This document shows positions 63,401-64,000 of a DNA stretch of 64,000 nucleotides, in pieces. Numbering within the stretch: position 1 is the first letter of the stretch; each line of letters starts with the position of its first letter. The notes under the pieces were generated by a model, which saw nothing but the letters and a program-made list of their open reading frames with translations, was not told where the DNA came from and searched no databases. The stretch lies in assembly GCF_044704955.1 (NCBI RefSeq), contig NC_092006.1, forward strand, positions 5,580,001 through 5,644,000. Reading direction: 5' to 3'. The position numbers and the translations under genes are program-made. Source of the stretch: Pristiophorus japonicus. Lineage: Eukaryota.

Positions 63401-64000
63401 ACCTGTTGTTAATATTGTGTTTTTTTAATTTTTGTGTCCCCCCCCCCCCCGCAACCTTGTCTCAGCTGTCGTGTCTCAGGCGGTCTTGAGCCAATTTCCG
63501 GCGCTGCTAACGGCCGATGTCGGGAGCCTGGTCAAACTGCAATGCCAGTCCGGGAGGCTGGCCCCGGGCATCGTTTACTGGTACACACACTGGCCCCGAG
63601 AGGGCATGCGGCTCGTTTACAAAACCGGACGGTTCGTGACGCCCGGGGGAAGATTTTCCGGCGAGGTATGCGAGCAATCGGGGAATCATTCGCTGGTCAT
63701 TGACAACGTCCAGAGGAACGATTCTGGGCGGTATTACTGCGCTGCTCCAAACGCCGGGAATCGGTCCCTGATATTCGGGACTGGCACCACGCTGGTGATC
63801 ACAGGTAATCCCACACGCCCATCCAATTGTGCGTCGAGACACCAATTCAAACCTGCCTTGTGCGCCTGGTTAATTCCAATTTCCCTTCCATCTAGCGGGC
63901 CCCCCGGTCCTCTTCCTCTTAACGCCGCCGCCGGCTGAGATTCCCCGGCTGGAGAGGGTGCCCTTGATGTGTCTGGTGCGGGGCGCTGCTCCCGACTCCT
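57412..64000 (+). CDS. Gene D (partial): inverted paralog of gene C; join(57412..57454,63466..63804,63896..>64000)
   Basis: Leader [14 protein letters not shown] (CAAG|gtgaga); 339-nt VJ exon differing from C by 6 aa; C1 exon starts after a 91-nt intron and runs off the window. Confidence 0.9.
57515..62465 (-). repeat. 28-bp minisatellite array (~4.9 kb) in gene D intron 1
   Basis: Reverse complement of the gene C array; higher-order structure visible. Confidence 0.97.
63466..63804 (+). CDS. Gene D exon 2, V domain with J motif [10 protein letters not shown]
   Basis: Reverse-complement near-copy of 45847..46185; intact splice sites. Confidence 0.95.

Noticed and set aside
14924-63804. A rearranging TCR or Ig light-chain locus
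   Set aside because: V and J are in one exon, no RSS was seen at V ends, each V has its own adjacent C1, and the TM plus Tyr-motif tails do not fit TCR or IgL.
63466-63804. Positive selection between the C and D V exons
   Set aside because: About 6 replacement versus 2-3 silent changes is near neutral expectation and too few to test.

Overview
This is eukaryotic DNA, almost certainly from a cartilaginous fish (shark-like). It is saturated with 5'-truncated CR1 LINEs, SacSINE1/DeuSINE-type SINEs, Tx1, RTE/RTEX and L2 fragments, a solo LTR and TE-derived minisatellites, and has two N gaps. Most long ORFs in the track are LINE ORF2 remnants. Between the repeats lies a cluster of spliced immunoglobulin-superfamily receptor genes with antigen-receptor architecture but no rearrangement machinery. 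The layout is: leader exon, one germline-joined V+J exon (YYC...FGxG/TxL, no RSS), a 77-97 nt intron, a C1-set exon, a stalk-Cys/TM exon, and cytoplasmic exon(s) carrying a TxYAxL ITIM/ITSM-like motif. By hand I reconstructed three complete frame-consistent genes: A (+, 12389-22211, 307 aa), B (-, 35826-28505, 312 aa) and C (-, 50405-40065, 348 aa). A fourth, D (+, from 57412, running off the window), is a head-to-head inverted duplicate of C. A probable fifth, degenerate 5' end lies at ~2.5-3.0 kb (-), identified by a shared 24-bp promoter motif. The gene models are inferred from splice signals and reading phase only; no expression data or database searches were available.
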